A DNA stretch of 64,000 nucleotides from Floricoccus penangensis (GCF_001832885.1 NZ_MKIQ01000001.1:37017-101016); one strand, 5' to 3'. Shown: positions 10,013 to 21,474, counted from the first letter of the stretch. Notes: generated by a model not told the origin, from the letters alone. Numbers and translations are program-made.

Positions 10013-12040
10013 ATGAACAATAAGAAAAATAACGGATTCGTTAAAAATTCCTTTTTGTATTTACTACTTATAGTAATTGCAGTTGTTGGTTTTCAATGGT
10101 TAATTGGTGATACCTCAACGGCAGTAAATAAAGTTAGTTATACGGAATTTGTAAAGGAACTCAAGGATGGTGACATTAAAGATTTAAGTTATCAACCATC
10201 TAGCGGTCTTTTAGAGATAAAAGGTAATTACAAATCTGAAAAAACTGTAAAGTCTGATCAAGACTTAAAACTATTTGGTGGAACAGCAACTACTAAAGTA
10301 AAAAAATATAAAACTTTAGTTCTTACAAATGATTCTACTATTTCAGAAATTCAAAAGTTGGCGGCAGACTCTTCTACTAAGGTTACGGTAGTACCTGAAA
10401 GTTCTAGCGGTATATGGTTGAGCTTCTTGATGTCATTCTTACCACTTATTTTACTTGTTGGTTTCTTCTATATGATGATGAATGCTGGTGGTGCTGGTGG
10501 TCGTGGTGCTGGTGGTACTATGAACTTTGGTAAATCCAAAGCTAAACAACAAGATAAATCTGCTAATAAAGTTAAATTTGAAGATGTAGCTGGTGCAGAG
10601 GAAGAAAAACAAGAACTTGTTGAAGTTGTTGAATTTTTGAAAAACCCTAAGAAATATACTAAATTAGGCGCACGTATTCCCGCAGGTGTACTACTTGAGG
10701 GCCCTCCAGGAACTGGTAAAACTTTACTAGCTAAAGCTGTTGCCGGTGAAGCTGGCGTTCCATTTTTCTCAATTTCAGGTTCTGACTTTGTAGAGATGTT
10801 TGTCGGAGTGGGAGCAAGTCGTGTACGTGATTTATTTGAAAATGCTAAGAAAAATGCTCCAGCCATAATCTTTATCGATGAGATTGATGCTGTCGGTCGT
10901 CAACGTGGTGCCGGTATGGGTGGAGGAAATGATGAGCGTGAACAAACACTTAATCAACTCCTTGTAGAGATGGATGGTTTCCAAGGTAACGAAGGTATTA
11001 TAGTAATCGCCGCAACTAACCGTAGTGACGTACTCGATCCAGCCCTTCTCCGTCCTGGACGTTTTGACCGTAAGGTTTTAGTTGGTGCTCCCGACGTTAA
11101 AGGACGTGAAGCTATATTACGAGTTCATGCGAAGAATAAACCTCTTGCGGATGATGTAAATCTTAAGGTAGTTGCACAGCAAACTCCAGGTTTTGTCGGT
11201 GCTGACCTTGAAAATGTACTTAATGAAGCTGCATTAGTTGCTGCTCGTCGTGATAAAAATCTTATTGATGCATCAGATATTGATGAAGCAGAAGATCGTG
11301 TAATTGCTGGTCCTGCTAAGAAAGATAAAAAAGTATCTGATAAAGATCGTGAGACTGTAGCTTATCATGAGGCAGGTCATACAATTGTTGGTCTTGTATT
11401 ATCAAACGCTAATATCGTTCATAAGGTTACAATTGTACCCCGAGGACGTGCTGGTGGATATATGATTTCACTACCTAAAGAAGATCAAATGCTTCTATCT
11501 AAGGAAGATATGCAAGAACGTCTCGCAGGTTTACTTGGTGGACGTACTGCAGAAGAAATTATCTTTAACCGAATCACAACAGGTGCCTCAAATGACTTTG
11601 AGCAAGCTACACAATTAGCTCGTGCTATGGTGACTCAATATGGTATGAGTGATAAACTTGGTACGGTTCAATATGAAGGTAATCAATCAGTCTTTATTGG
11701 GCGTGATTATGGTCAAACTAAGGGTTATAGTGAAGCAACAGCACTTGCTATTGATGAAGAAGTTCGTCGTATTATTAGCGAAGCCCATGAACAAGCTCGT
11801 CAAATAATTGAAGATAATCGTGAAGCGCATAAAAATATTGCTATGGCACTTCTTAAATATGAAACACTAGATGCTCGTCAAATTAAGTCAATTTACGAAA
11901 CTGGTAAAATGCCAGCGGATTTTGTTGATGATGAACCAGAAGTTGCTCAAACTTATGAAGAAGTTAAAGAACAGTATGAGAAGCACGATGAAGAACGTGA
12001 ACAAGAAGAAGAAAAAGAAGTGGGTGAAACAGCTGAATAA
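10013..12040 (+). CDS. ftsH: ATP-dependent zinc metalloprotease FtsH, 675 aa
   Basis: Two TM helices, AAA Walker [17 protein letters not shown] zinc motif and an acidic C-terminal tail. Confidence 0.95.
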   Translation: MNNKKNNGFVKNSFLYLLLIVIAVVGFQWLIGDTSTAVNKVSYTEFVKELKDGDIKDLSYQPSSGLLEIKGNYKSEKTVKSDQDLKLFGGTATTKVKKYKTLVLTNDSTISEIQKLAADSSTKVTVVPESSSGIWLSFLMSFLPLILLVGFFYMMMNAGGAGGRGAGGTMNFGKSKAKQQDKSANKVKFEDVAGAEEEKQELVEVVEFLKNPKKYTKLGARIPAGVLLEGPPGTGKTLLAKAVAGEAGVPFFSISGSDFVEMFVGVGASRVRDLFENAKKNAPAIIFIDEIDAVGRQRGAGMGGGNDEREQTLNQLLVEMDGFQGNEGIIVIAATNRSDVLDPALLRPGRFDRKVLVGAPDVKGREAILRVHAKNKPLADDVNLKVVAQQTPGFVGADLENVLNEAALVAARRDKNLIDASDIDEAEDRVIAGPAKKDKKVSDKDRETVAYHEAGHTIVGLVLSNANIVHKVTIVPRGRAGGYMISLPKEDQMLLSKEDMQERLAGLLGGRTAEEIIFNRITTGASNDFEQATQLARAMVTQYGMSDKLGTVQYEGNQSVFIGRDYGQTKGYSEATALAIDEEVRRIISEAHEQARQIIEDNREAHKNIAMALLKYETLDARQIKSIYETGKMPADFVDDEPEVAQTYEEVKEQYEKHDEEREQEEEKEVGETAE

Positions 12041-12100
12041 TCTCAGCTGTTTTTCTTTTTGTCTATTTTTCCATTACTGAGCTCAGAAAAAAGAATCATC

Positions 12101-12133
12101 TTGCAATCTTAGGCTATTTTTTGTAAAATGAAT
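12101..12133 (+). promoter_or_regulatory. Promoter TTGCAA-N17-TAAAAT for the permease gene
   Basis: Spacing and consensus read from sequence. Confidence 0.45.
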
Positions 12134-12207
12134 AAATACTCAAAAAGTTAGAAAATTATGAAATATCACTTAAAGTAAGTGAAATTTTATTTAAGAAGGA
12201 TTTATTT

Positions 12208-13590
12208 ATGAACATATTTCGTACGAAAAATTTGACCGCAGATAAGACAGAGATGAAGCGAGAGCTTAAAACTTGGAATCTGGTAATGCTTGGACTTGGA
12301 GCGATGGTCGGAACAGGTATATTTACAATTACAGGTATAGGAGCAGCTATCTATGCGGGGCCTGCTCTAATAATTTCAATTATAATGGCTGCCTTTGCTG
12401 TTGGTTTATCGGGCTTATTCTTTGCTGAATTTGCCTCTCGCTTACCGGTTATAGGTGGTGCTTATGGTTATTTATATGCAGTTTTTGGAGAATTTATTGC
12501 TTGGATAGCTGGTTGGCTAATGATCATGGAATTTATGTCAGCAATATCTGGCGTTGCAGCTGGATGGGGTTCATATTTAAAAGGTATGTTCAATCTCAAT
12601 CTACCTTTGGCAGTTTCTGGTCCATTTGATCCTGCTAAAGGTACTTATATTGATATAATGCCCGTACTTGTTATTTTGGCAGTTACTGCTTTATTGCTGT
12701 TAAATTCAAAGCTTGCGCTTGGTTTTAATAGTGGTTTGGTTATTTTAAAATTCTCAGCTCTAATATTATTTATTGTTGTTGGGGTATTCTATATTAAACC
12801 AGATAATTGGTCGGACTTTGCACCTTATGGTTGGGGTTCATTCTTCGGGGGTAAGACGGGTATAATTGGTGGAGCAGCTATAATGTTCTTTGCCTTTCTA
12901 GGATTTGAATCAATAGGTACCGCAGTTGATGAAACAAAAGATCCTCAAAAATCAATTCCTCGTGGGATTATTGGATCACTTATAATTGCTACACTTTTTT
13001 ACATCATTATTACACTTGTGTTGACAGGAGTTGTAAATTATAAAAACTTAAATGTTGAGGATGCTGTAGCATTTGCACTACGTTCAGTAGGTGCTACCTG
13101 GGCTGCAAATTACGTTTCAGTTGTCGCTATCTTTACGTTGATTACTGTGTGTATTTCAATGACCTATGCTAATGCTCGAATGATTTATGGGATTAGTCGT
13201 GATGGACTATTACCAAAATCATTAAGTAAACTTACTGTAAAGTCTAAGATACCTAAAAATGCTACAATACTTGCTGGTTTGCTTTCAGCATTTGCCGCAG
13301 GCTTTACATCACTTAACCAATTAACTGAATTTGTAGTTATCTGTACCTTGGCTTACTTAATCTTATTAGCAGCTGGAATTATTAAACTAAGAAGAGATCA
13401 AGGAGCACCTAAAGAAGGACAATTTAAAACTCCTTGGGTACCTTTTCTACCTATTGTTTCAATCATTATTTGTATAGGATTTATGACACAGTTTGAAGCT
13501 AAAACTTGGATTGCATTCATAGTTGCATTGATAATTGCGGTAGTAATTTATTTCGCTTATGGTTATAAAAATAGTGAAATTAATGAGTAG
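12208..13590 (+). CDS. APC-family amino-acid permease, 460 aa
   Basis: 12 TM helices; N-terminal signature LVMLGLGAMVGTGIFTITG. Confidence 0.8.
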   Translation: MNIFRTKNLTADKTEMKRELKTWNLVMLGLGAMVGTGIFTITGIGAAIYAGPALIISIIMAAFAVGLSGLFFAEFASRLPVIGGAYGYLYAVFGEFIAWIAGWLMIMEFMSAISGVAAGWGSYLKGMFNLNLPLAVSGPFDPAKGTYIDIMPVLVILAVTALLLLNSKLALGFNSGLVILKFSALILFIVVGVFYIKPDNWSDFAPYGWGSFFGGKTGIIGGAAIMFFAFLGFESIGTAVDETKDPQKSIPRGIIGSLIIATLFYIIITLVLTGVVNYKNLNVEDAVAFALRSVGATWAANYVSVVAIFTLITVCISMTYANARMIYGISRDGLLPKSLSKLTVKSKIPKNATILAGLLSAFAAGFTSLNQLTEFVVICTLAYLILLAAGIIKLRRDQGAPKEGQFKTPWVPFLPIVSIIICIGFMTQFEAKTWIAFIVALIIAVVIYFAYGYKNSEINE

Positions 13591-13689
13591 TCAGTATTAA
13601 TTTATAAAGTCATCTGAATGTTTCATGTGAAACATTTAGATTTATAATTGATTGTATGAAAAAAGCAGTTTGGATTTTATTCCAAGCTG

Positions 13690-14580
13690 CTATTTTCTTT
13701 TTAAAATACTTTTTTTCTCTTTAACTTCATAAGTAAAACCACTTCCAACTATTTCATGGACATTGATAACTGAAATAAAGGCATTTGGATCAATTTCTGC
13801 GGTTAATTGTTTTACAGCTAATACTTCTTGCGGATTAAGAACTACATATATAATTTTTTTCTTATCACCAGAGTATGCGCCTTCTCCGTTAAGATAAGTT
13901 GCTCCTCGATCAATCTCTGCAACAATTTTTTGAGTTATTTCATCGTGTTTATCAGAAATAATAAGCATACCACGGACAGTATATCCACCAGTTTCAACAA
14001 GTCCTACAACATTTGAAAATACAAAGCTTGCAATTAATGTATACATCATATGTCTGATATCAATATACGAAAGACTTGCTAGTAGAACGATAGAGTCAAT
14101 AATTAATAAAGTTTTACCTAATTGAGCACCACGTTTAACTTCAAAAATCTTAGCAACAATATCTCCTCCACCTGATGTACCCCCATAGCGGAAGATTAAT
14201 CCGCTACCTACACCAGCAAATATTCCAGCAAGAAGTGCTGCAATAAGAAAGTCATTATCTATATTAATAGTGAAGTTAACTCTTTGGAAGAGATAAATAA
14301 AGAATGACATGGTTAGAGTACCATATACTGTATAAAATAGTGCTTTTTTCCCACCAAGATATTTATATCCCATTATAAATAAAGGAATATTAATAATAAC
14401 TTGAGAATAAGATGGATCTATGTGAAATAGGTTATACAAAATTAAAGTAATACCAGCTAGACCACCTTCAGCAAGATGATTTGCCATATTGAAGTTAACG
14501 AATCCAAAGGCATAGATAGCAGCACCAAGTGCAATCATGAAAAGATTGACCGGGTTAAAAATAGATTCATTTTTTTTCAT
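13690..14580 (-). CDS. YitT-family membrane protein (DUF161 + DUF2179), 296 aa
   Basis: Architecture and motifs (GGTSGGGDI..., C-terminal soluble DUF2179-like domain). Confidence 0.7.
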   Translation of the reverse strand: MKKNESIFNPVNLFMIALGAAIYAFGFVNFNMANHLAEGGLAGITLILYNLFHIDPSYSQVIINIPLFIMGYKYLGGKKALFYTVYGTLTMSFFIYLFQRVNFTINIDNDFLIAALLAGIFAGVGSGLIFRYGGTSGGGDIVAKIFEVKRGAQLGKTLLIIDSIVLLASLSYIDIRHMMYTLIASFVFSNVVGLVETGGYTVRGMLIISDKHDEITQKIVAEIDRGATYLNGEGAYSGDKKKIIYVVLNPQEVLAVKQLTAEIDPNAFISVINVHEIVGSGFTYEVKEKKSILKRK

Positions 14581-14621
14581 ATAAATAAGATTTTCCCTTT
14601 ATAAATTTATTAATTAGATGA

Positions 14622-15518
14622 TTAATCATCAACAAAATTCCCAAGAATTTTAACGTTTTCGGAAATTGAAACGAAGGCCTTGTCATCAACTTTTTTCATA
14701 ATGGCCTTGAAAAAAGAAAATTCAGCCCGAGTAATTATAGTAATTAAAACTGTTGTTTTATCATGTGTATATGCACCTTCAGCATTATTAATGATAGTCA
14801 CTCCACGATGAAGTTTGTCTTGTATGGCTTTACAAACTTCAGGAGCTTTTTTAGTAACAATCATAACCTGCATTCTCTTTTGCTTAGTATAGACAGCATC
14901 TGTAACGCGACTTGATACAAAAATTGTTAAGAGTGAGTAAAACATATACTTCCAACCAAATAGAATGCCGGTAATTAGGACTATAACGGTATTAAACATT
15001 AATGAAATGAAACCAACATTTCTTCCTGTTTTTTTTCTAATAGAGATACTTATAATATCAGTACCACCACTTGATATTCCGTTACGTAATCCGTAACCAA
15101 TCCCTGTTCCCATTGTAAGACCACCAAAAATAGCATTGATGATAGGATCCGTTGTAAGTGTAACCTCTGGAACAAGTTGGATGAAGATTGAACTAAGAGT
15201 TACAGTTAGGATGGTATAAATTGTAAACTTATGTCCAATTTTATACCAAGCAAGAACAAAAAGTGGAAGATTAAGTGCATAGAGGGTTACTGATACAGGA
15301 ATAGTATAACCTAACCAATTATGACTTAATGTAGTTAAGATTTGTGCTAAACCTGTAATACCACTTGAGTAAATGTGACCAGGTTGAAAGAAAAAGTTGA
15401 TAGCGACACTTGATAGTATGGCATAAACTACTGCAGCAGAGAAACGTTCAGTAAACTGCTCCATTGCAGTAGCTTTCTTCATAGTATCTTCAGGGGATTT
15501 TTTGAAGGTGAATTTCAT
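14622..15518 (-). CDS. YitT-family membrane protein paralog, about 298 aa (start ATG 15518 preferred over TTG 15545)
   Basis: Paralogous to 13690..14580 (GTGIGYGLRNGISSGGTDI). Tandem duplicate. Confidence 0.7.
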   Translation of the reverse strand: MKFTFKKSPEDTMKKATAMEQFTERFSAAVVYAILSSVAINFFFQPGHIYSSGITGLAQILTTLSHNWLGYTIPVSVTLYALNLPLFVLAWYKIGHKFTIYTILTVTLSSIFIQLVPEVTLTTDPIINAIFGGLTMGTGIGYGLRNGISSGGTDIISISIRKKTGRNVGFISLMFNTVIVLITGILFGWKYMFYSLLTIFVSSRVTDAVYTKQKRMQVMIVTKKAPEVCKAIQDKLHRGVTIINNAEGAYTHDKTTVLITIITRAEFSFFKAIMKKVDDKAFVSISENVKILGNFVDD

Positions 15519-15522
15519 AGTA

Positions 15523-17277
15523 TTAGTCTTTTTTCTTTTCCTCAACTGAAAGGCTTAATTCAGCAAGCTGTTTGTCAGAAACTAGGCTAGGAGCTTCTGT
15601 CATTGGATCAGTAGCTTTATTATTTTTAGGGAAGGCGATAACTTCACGAATATTATCTTTTTTAGCTAAAAGCATAGCAAATCTATCAAGACCAAGAGCT
15701 AGTCCTCCGTGTGGTGGGAAACCATATTCAAGTGCTTCTAAAAGGAATCCAAATTGGTCTTTTGCGTCCTCAGCAGTAAACCCAAGAGCTGTAAACATTC
15801 TTTCTTGTAATTCACGTTTGTTGATACGTAGGCTACCACCACCAAGTTCATAACCATTTAATACGATATCATAAGCAACTGCACGTACTTTTTCAAGATC
15901 TGATTCAAGATAGTGTGCTGTGTCTTCTGTTGGAAGTGTAAATGGGTGGTGAGCAGACATATAACGACCCTCTTCTTCGCTATATTCGAACAATGGCCAG
16001 TCGATAACCCATAGGAAATTGAATTTGTCGTTGTCAATTAAATCAAGTTCTTTAGCTAGACGACCTCTTAGGGCACCTAAAGTAGTATTAGCAACATCTA
16101 AATCGTCAGCTACAAATAAAATTAAATCTCCATTTTCAGCAGATAATTCTTCTAAGAAATCAGACGTTTTATCTGTTAGGAATTTAGCGATTGGACCAGT
16201 TAATTGATCGTTATCAACTTTTACCCATGCAAGGCCTTTTGCACCGAAATCTTTGGCAAAATCAGTAAGCTTGTCAATATCTTTACGTGAATATTTGTCA
16301 GCAGCACCTTTTGCAACGATTGCCTTTACAACTGGAGCTTCTGCAAATACTTTGAAATCAACTGTTTTTGCAAGTTCTGTCAAGTCTTGTAACTTCATTT
16401 CATAGCGTGTATCAGGTTTATCATTGCCATAGAAGTTCATAGCGTCATTATAGGCCATACGTGGGAAAGGAAGGGTAACATCAATATTAAGAGTTTCTTT
16501 CATTACTTTAGCAAGTAAACCTTCAGTGATATCTTGAATTTCTTGTTCAGATAAGAAAGAAGTTTCAAGGTCGACTTGTGTAAACTCAGGTTGACGGTCT
16601 CCACGTAAATCTTCATCACGGAAACATTTAACGATTTGATAATAACGGTCAAAGCCAGCATTCATTAAAAGTTGTTTTGTTAATTGCGGACTTTGTGGTA
16701 AAGCATAGAAGTGACCTTCCGAGATACGACTTGGTACAAGATAGTCACGTGCGCCTTCGGGTGTTGATTTAGTAAGTACTGGTGTTTCAACATCAATAAA
16801 GTTTAAATCATCAAGATAGTGTCTGATTGATTTAGTAATTTGATGGCGAAGTTTAAAGTTTTTAAGCATTTCAGGACGACGAAGGTCAAGGTAACGATAT
16901 TTAAGACGAGTGTCGTCATTTACAGTAACATCATCTTTAATTTCAAATGGAGTAGTTTTAGCAGTATTTAGAATAGTTAATTCGTTTACAGCAAGTTCTA
17001 TTTGTCCAGTTGGGATGTTGTTATTTGCTGATGCACGTTCAACTACCTCACCTGTAACTTCAATAACATATTCATTTCTTAAAGATTCGGCATCTTTCAT
17101 CAAGTCTTCTGATACATTTTCAGGATTAATAACCAATTGCATGATACCTTCACGGTCACGTAAATCAATAAAGATTAATCCACCAAGGTCACGACGACGT
17201 CCAACCCATCCTTTAAGAGTAACAGTTTGACCAATATTTTCGCTTCTTACATCACCAGCATACATAGTTCTTTTCAT
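15523..17277 (-). CDS. aspS: Aspartate--tRNA ligase, 584 aa
   Basis: Class II aaRS motifs, OB-fold N-terminus, GAD insertion, C-terminal ...GGLALGLDR. Confidence 0.95.
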   Translation of the reverse strand: MKRTMYAGDVRSENIGQTVTLKGWVGRRRDLGGLIFIDLRDREGIMQLVINPENVSEDLMKDAESLRNEYVIEVTGEVVERASANNNIPTGQIELAVNELTILNTAKTTPFEIKDDVTVNDDTRLKYRYLDLRRPEMLKNFKLRHQITKSIRHYLDDLNFIDVETPVLTKSTPEGARDYLVPSRISEGHFYALPQSPQLTKQLLMNAGFDRYYQIVKCFRDEDLRGDRQPEFTQVDLETSFLSEQEIQDITEGLLAKVMKETLNIDVTLPFPRMAYNDAMNFYGNDKPDTRYEMKLQDLTELAKTVDFKVFAEAPVVKAIVAKGAADKYSRKDIDKLTDFAKDFGAKGLAWVKVDNDQLTGPIAKFLTDKTSDFLEELSAENGDLILFVADDLDVANTTLGALRGRLAKELDLIDNDKFNFLWVIDWPLFEYSEEEGRYMSAHHPFTLPTEDTAHYLESDLEKVRAVAYDIVLNGYELGGGSLRINKRELQERMFTALGFTAEDAKDQFGFLLEALEYGFPPHGGLALGLDRFAMLLAKKDNIREVIAFPKNNKATDPMTEAPSLVSDKQLAELSLSVEEKKKD

Positions 17278-18566
17278 TATAAAATCTCCTCTAATAGTTC
17301 ATCAAAAATTGGGTTAAAATCTTCATATACATTTTCAAGAGTTGTAGCAACTTCTCGACGATTTTCATTGTTTTTAACTATAATATTACCCGTAGTTGCT
17401 TCTTCTTCCCCTAAAGTGATAATAAGTTTAGCATCATATGCTTCAGCAGATTTGAATTGGGCTTTAATTTTACGTCCCAGATAATCACGGTCAGCAACAA
17501 AACCTTGTTCACGTAAACTTTGAACAACCTTTAATGCTGGGTAATTTGCTTCATCACCTAGAACCACAACATAAACATCAAGAGAATTAGCAGTTGGTAT
17601 TTCGATACCTTGTTCTTCCATAATTAGAAGAAGTCTTTCGATACCCATTCCAAAACCAAAACCTGGAGTAAATGGTCCACCAAAATATTCAACGAGACCA
17701 TCATAACGACCACCAGCACAGATTGTTAACTCAGACCCTTTAACATCAATCATAAATTCGAAGATTGTGTCATTGTAATAGTCAAGACCACGAACCATAG
17801 TATGGTCAATTGTATATTCAATATTAAGAGCATCAAGCATTGAACGTACTTGATTAAAATGATCAAGACTCGCTTCAGTTAAATAATCTAGTACTTTTGG
17901 AGCCTCAAGCACGATTTCTTTATCTCTTTTATCTTTGCTGTCAAGTATACGTAAAGGATTTTCGGTCAGTCTGCGTTTGCTATCATCAGACAATTCTTCT
18001 GCATAAGGAGTCAGATAGTCAACCAGTGCTTGACGGTATGCAGCACGACTTTCTTTGTCACCTAGGCTATTAAGGTGAAGTCTTACACCTTCTATACCAA
18101 GTTGTTCAAAGAATGCTTGAGCCATAGCAATTGTTTCAACATCAGTAGCTGGATTTTTTGACCCAAAGCACTCTACTCCGATTTGGTGGAATTGACGCAT
18201 ACGTCCTGCTTGAGGACGTTCATAACGAAACATTGGTTCAGTATAATAAAGTTTAACTGGCTTTTGAACCTCGGGTGCAAACATTTTGTTTTCAACGTAA
18301 GAACGAACAACTGGAGCAGTACCTTCTGGGCGAAGTGTTATATGGCGTTCACCTTTATCGTAGAAGTCATACATTTCTTTTGTTACGATGTCACTTGTAT
18401 CACCAACAGAACGACTAAATACTTCATAGTGTTCGAAGATTGGAGTACGGATTTCCTTATAGTTATAGCTTGAAAAAACAAGATTGGCTGTTTCTTCAAT
18501 GAATTGCCATTTGTTACTTTCAGTAGGGAGTATGTCATTTGTCCCTTTTGGTTTTTGTAGTTTCAT
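17277..18566 (-). CDS. hisS: Histidine--tRNA ligase, 429 aa
   Basis: Class II motifs and HisRS signature (RGLDYY, GGRYDGL). Overlaps the aspS start by 1 nt. Confidence 0.95.
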   Translation of the reverse strand: MKLQKPKGTNDILPTESNKWQFIEETANLVFSSYNYKEIRTPIFEHYEVFSRSVGDTSDIVTKEMYDFYDKGERHITLRPEGTAPVVRSYVENKMFAPEVQKPVKLYYTEPMFRYERPQAGRMRQFHQIGVECFGSKNPATDVETIAMAQAFFEQLGIEGVRLHLNSLGDKESRAAYRQALVDYLTPYAEELSDDSKRRLTENPLRILDSKDKRDKEIVLEAPKVLDYLTEASLDHFNQVRSMLDALNIEYTIDHTMVRGLDYYNDTIFEFMIDVKGSELTICAGGRYDGLVEYFGGPFTPGFGFGMGIERLLLIMEEQGIEIPTANSLDVYVVVLGDEANYPALKVVQSLREQGFVADRDYLGRKIKAQFKSAEAYDAKLIITLGEEEATTGNIIVKNNENRREVATTLENVYEDFNPIFDELLEEIL

Positions 18567-18600
18567 AGATATCCTTTCTGGTAGAGATATTTGTTTGTAT

Positions 18601-18701
18601 AGTCACTTAAAAATAGATTAATACATCGTTGACTCATCTCGATGAACGCTAGTTCTATCATCAATTCGTCGCCTTGTCTTATTTCTATTTTAATCAACTA
18701 T
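18601..18701 (-). repeat. BOX-like dispersed repeat, short form (copy A)
   Basis: Reverse complement is near-identical to 46667..46764 (1 mismatch in about 98 nt). Confidence 0.8.
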
Positions 18702-18744
18702 AATTCGAATACTGAGAGGTTGTTTCATCTTTTCTTGGGTATAG

Positions 18745-18925
18745 AAAAAGCCCTTGAGATTACTCAAGGACGTACAATTGACGTGGTGCCACCTTTATTC
18801 ACAGAAAATATCTGTCTCTAAAAGCTATAAGGTTGCTAGCCATATCTTACGTCACTTTTTTCTAATAAATTAGAAACTTATCTCAATGCATTCTCTCAGC
18901 TTACTGAATGCTCTCTTTTTCTAGG
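18745..18925 (-). promoter_or_regulatory. T-box riboswitch leader of hisS-aspS, with promoter TTGTTT-N17-TATAAT (minus strand, about 18958..18930)
   Basis: Minus strand carries the T-box core AAAGGTGGCACCACG (fwd 18782..18798), a stem-I region with an AGAGA motif, and the terminator CCTTGAGTAATCTCAAGGGCTTTTTC (fwd 18745..18770). Confidence 0.7.
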
Positions 18926-18974
18926 ACTCATTATAACAAAAGCATTATCATAAAACAATGATAAAATAGGGGCT

Positions 18975-19535
18975 TTAGGTATTTTTTACAGATAATATAC
19001 CTCTAAATGAATTAATGTTTACTAATCCGACAATGACTAGGGAAACGATTGGGATGAAAAAGGCAAAAACAAAGGCCAGAGCAAAACAACCATAGAAATT
19101 TTTAACCCATTTATTAGTTCTAGGTAAAGTATTTTCCATATCAGGATTATCTCTACATACTTGTTTGTTTAAAACAAAGAAACTTTCCACCCAAAGAATT
19201 TGGAGAAGAAGATAAGTTATCATAGGTAGTGTGGCATTGGTTTTTTCACTAATCTAAGAGGTCGTGAAAGGAACTAAGGTAAGTAGGAAGAGCCAAATCC
19301 CATTTAATAGGAAAACTTTATTTGATATGATTTCGGCATTCTTAAAGGTATTATGGTGAGAAAACCAAAAAAGATAAATTAAGAAAAAACTAACGATGTA
19401 GGCAAAAAGTACATGCCACTCAGAAAGTAGGTTACTTAATTTTACTCCATCAGGTGAATGAAGTTCTAAGACCATAATTGTTGCAGCTATTGCAATCATT
19501 GCATCTGTAAATGCTTCTAAACGTGATTTATTCAT
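18975..19535 (-). pseudogene. DUF1211 (TMEM175-like) membrane protein interrupted by a single in-frame TAG
   Basis: ORFs 19254..19535 and 18975..19223 are in the same frame, separated only by a TAG (fwd CTA 19254..19256) and 10 sense codons. The N-terminal FTDAMIAIAATIMVLEL is the DUF1211 signature. Combined length about 186 aa, which is family-typical. Confidence 0.6.
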
Positions 19536-19577
19536 AAATATACCTCCAAAATTTCTATTAAATTATACTATTTTTAT

Positions 19578-19601
19578 TTGTAAAGTAAAAATACTTTACA
19601 A
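19578..19601. promoter_or_regulatory. Perfect 10-bp inverted repeat TTGTAAAGTA-aaaa-TACTTTACAA in the divergent region upstream of rpmF-rpmG
   Basis: Read directly; no adjacent T-run, so more likely an operator than a terminator. Confidence 0.4.
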
Positions 19602-19699
19602 AACTCTTGTTTTTGTTTAATATTCATGTTAAGATACTAAAGTATTGAAATTTAGGATAAACCTAATCAAGAAAATATAATTAAAGGAGACATATAAAC

Positions 19700-19870
19700 A
19701 TGGCAGTACCAGCACGTCGTACTTCGAAATCTAAAAAAAATAAACGCCGTACTCATTACAAAATTTCAGCTCCAACTGTAACTTTTGATGAGACTACAGG
19801 TGATTACAACCGTTCACACCGTGTATCTTTAAAAGGATACTACAAAGGTCGTAAAGTTACTAAGGATTAA
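19700..19870 (+). CDS. rpmF: 50S ribosomal protein L32, 56 aa (Cys-less form)
   Basis: [21 protein letters not shown]...; RBS AAAGGAGA. Shorter than the 60-aa cutoff and therefore missing from the ORF track. Confidence 0.9.
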   Translation: MAVPARRTSKSKKNKRRTHYKISAPTVTFDETTGDYNRSHRVSLKGYYKGRKVTKD

Positions 19871-19882
19871 TAGGAGGCTAAT

Positions 19883-20032
19883 ATGCGCGTAAATATCATT
19901 TTAGAATGTAAAGAAACTGGCGAACGTATATATTTGACTTCAAAAAATAAACGTAACACACCAGACCGTTTAGAACTTAAAAAATACTCTCCAAAATTAC
20001 GCAAACGCGTAACTTTCAAGGAAGTTAAATAA
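19883..20032 (+). CDS. rpmG: 50S ribosomal protein L33, 49 aa (C-minus form with a single Cys)
   Basis: [49 protein letters not shown]; RBS AGGAGG. Confidence 0.9.
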   Translation: MRVNIILECKETGERIYLTSKNKRNTPDRLELKKYSPKLRKRVTFKEVK

Positions 20033-20040
20033 TTTATTTT

Positions 20041-20066
20041 AAAACCCTTTCTAAGGGTTTTTTTCA
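20041..20066 (+). terminator. Terminator AAAACCCTTtctAAGGGTTTTTTTC
   Basis: Stem plus T-run after rpmG. Confidence 0.7.
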
Positions 20067-20222
20067 TTACTAAAAATTTTAATGAAAATTTTTATACAGT
20101 AAAATGTTATTTTGATCAAATTATGCTATAATTTTAGCTAGTAATTTTCATAAATTATAATTGATAAAATCTATAATTAAATAACACTTATTGTTTTATA
20201 ATAAATTTTTAGGAGCTCCAAG

Positions 20223-20666
20223 ATGACAGTCTATTCATATGAATATTTTAAAAATCTAGCAGAGACCAATATTAATTATTATCATGTTTTCTATGCAATT
20301 GCAGGGGTTGCTTTTGTAATCTTACTTTTTTTGCGTCTTCGCTCACATATTGCGGGACGTCATAGGGACTTGTTAATTATTATTGGTTTATCTTTTTTCA
20401 TTATTTCAGGTATTCAATACTCAAATTACACAAATGGTAAGACAAGTACTAACAATGCCAAGAATATGATAACTTTCCTGGATTCTGTAAGTGATAACAT
20501 GCATAGCAATATTAATAATGTATATGTAAATCAGACTTCAATGAAGGAAGGAATGGTAATAAAAGTAAATGATAAATTTTATAAAGTGACCTTTAATAAT
20601 GACTACTCTTCATATTTACTTGATGAAACATATTTACTGCAAAGAGGGGAGCTAGATATAAAATGA
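20223..20666 (+). CDS. Small membrane protein (DUF3290-like), 147 aa
   Basis: Two N-terminal TM helices. ATGA overlap with the downstream DUF421 gene, a pairing common in Firmicutes. Confidence 0.5.
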   Translation: MTVYSYEYFKNLAETNINYYHVFYAIAGVAFVILLFLRLRSHIAGRHRDLLIIIGLSFFIISGIQYSNYTNGKTSTNNAKNMITFLDSVSDNMHSNINNVYVNQTSMKEGMVIKVNDKFYKVTFNNDYSSYLLDETYLLQRGELDIK

Positions 20667-21388
20667 ATTATTATGAAACGTTCCTAAAGCTAGCAATTGG
20701 TATGATAGGATTAATCGTCCAAATAAATCTTTTTGGTAAGGGAAACCTTGCTCCCAATAATGCCATTGACCTTATTCAAAATTATATCTTAGGTGGTATC
20801 ATTGGTGCGGTTATTTATAATCCAGACATTACGGCATTCCAATTCGTCCTTGTACTGATGATTTGGACTCTCATTGTTTTCTTATTTAAGTACGCTAAAG
20901 ACCATAGCTATATTATAAAAAATATAATTGACGGTCGACCTGTTATTTTGATTGAAGATGGTAAAATCAAAGTTGATGAGGCAATGCGATTAGGGCTTGC
21001 GGCAGATGATTTAATGCTTCAATTAAGACAAAGTGGTGTAACTAATTTGGAACAAGTCCATTACGCTATAAGAGAGCAAAATGGTCAAATTACTTTAATC
21101 AAGTATGATGACAATGACTTCTACTTACCTGTCATTACTAATGGAAATGTAAATAATCATGTCTTAAAACTTATAGGTCGTGACAGAGATTGGATTGAAT
21201 ATGAAATGAAAAGGCAGATGGTAAAATTACGGAATGTCTATCTTGCTGAATATATTGATGGGGAAGTAAGTTTTACACTATACAAAGATACATTAAAACA
21301 TGATCTGTGGGTAAAACAGAATGCCCGACTAAAAGAAAAGAAAGAGGCTATTCTTGCTGAAGTAGAGCAGATAATAGAAGATGAGTAG
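20663..21388 (+). CDS. DUF421 / YetF-family membrane protein, 241 aa
   Basis: N-terminal 3 TM plus the conserved C-terminal domain (DGRPVILIEDGKI...LRQSGVTNLEQVHYAIREQNGQITLI). Confidence 0.75.
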   Translation: MNYYETFLKLAIGMIGLIVQINLFGKGNLAPNNAIDLIQNYILGGIIGAVIYNPDITAFQFVLVLMIWTLIVFLFKYAKDHSYIIKNIIDGRPVILIEDGKIKVDEAMRLGLAADDLMLQLRQSGVTNLEQVHYAIREQNGQITLIKYDDNDFYLPVITNGNVNNHVLKLIGRDRDWIEYEMKRQMVKLRNVYLAEYIDGEVSFTLYKDTLKHDLWVKQNARLKEKKEAILAEVEQIIEDE

Positions 21389-21392
21389 AAAA

Positions 21393-21428
21393 AAAGAATT
21401 GTAAATTATACTTACAATTCTTTTTTGT
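21393..21428. terminator. Bidirectional terminator aaAAAGAATTGTAAattatacTTACAATTCTTTttt
   Basis: 12-bp stem between convergent genes. Confidence 0.65.
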
Positions 21429-21474
21429 ATAAATTTACAAGTATTTTTACAACGTTCTTTACAAGTGTGTAAAT

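Noticed and set aside
10468-10866. 132-aa minus-strand ORF inside ftsH
   Set aside because: Antisense to a strongly supported essential gene. Low-complexity Ala/Pro/Ser-rich translation typical of the reverse frame of a Gly/Ala-rich coding region.
11871-12080. 69-aa plus-strand ORF overlapping the ftsH 3' end
   Set aside because: Out-of-frame reading of the ftsH acidic tail; K-rich low-complexity.
19867-20067. 66-aa minus-strand ORF overlapping rpmG
   Set aside because: Antisense to the conserved L33 gene and its terminator.
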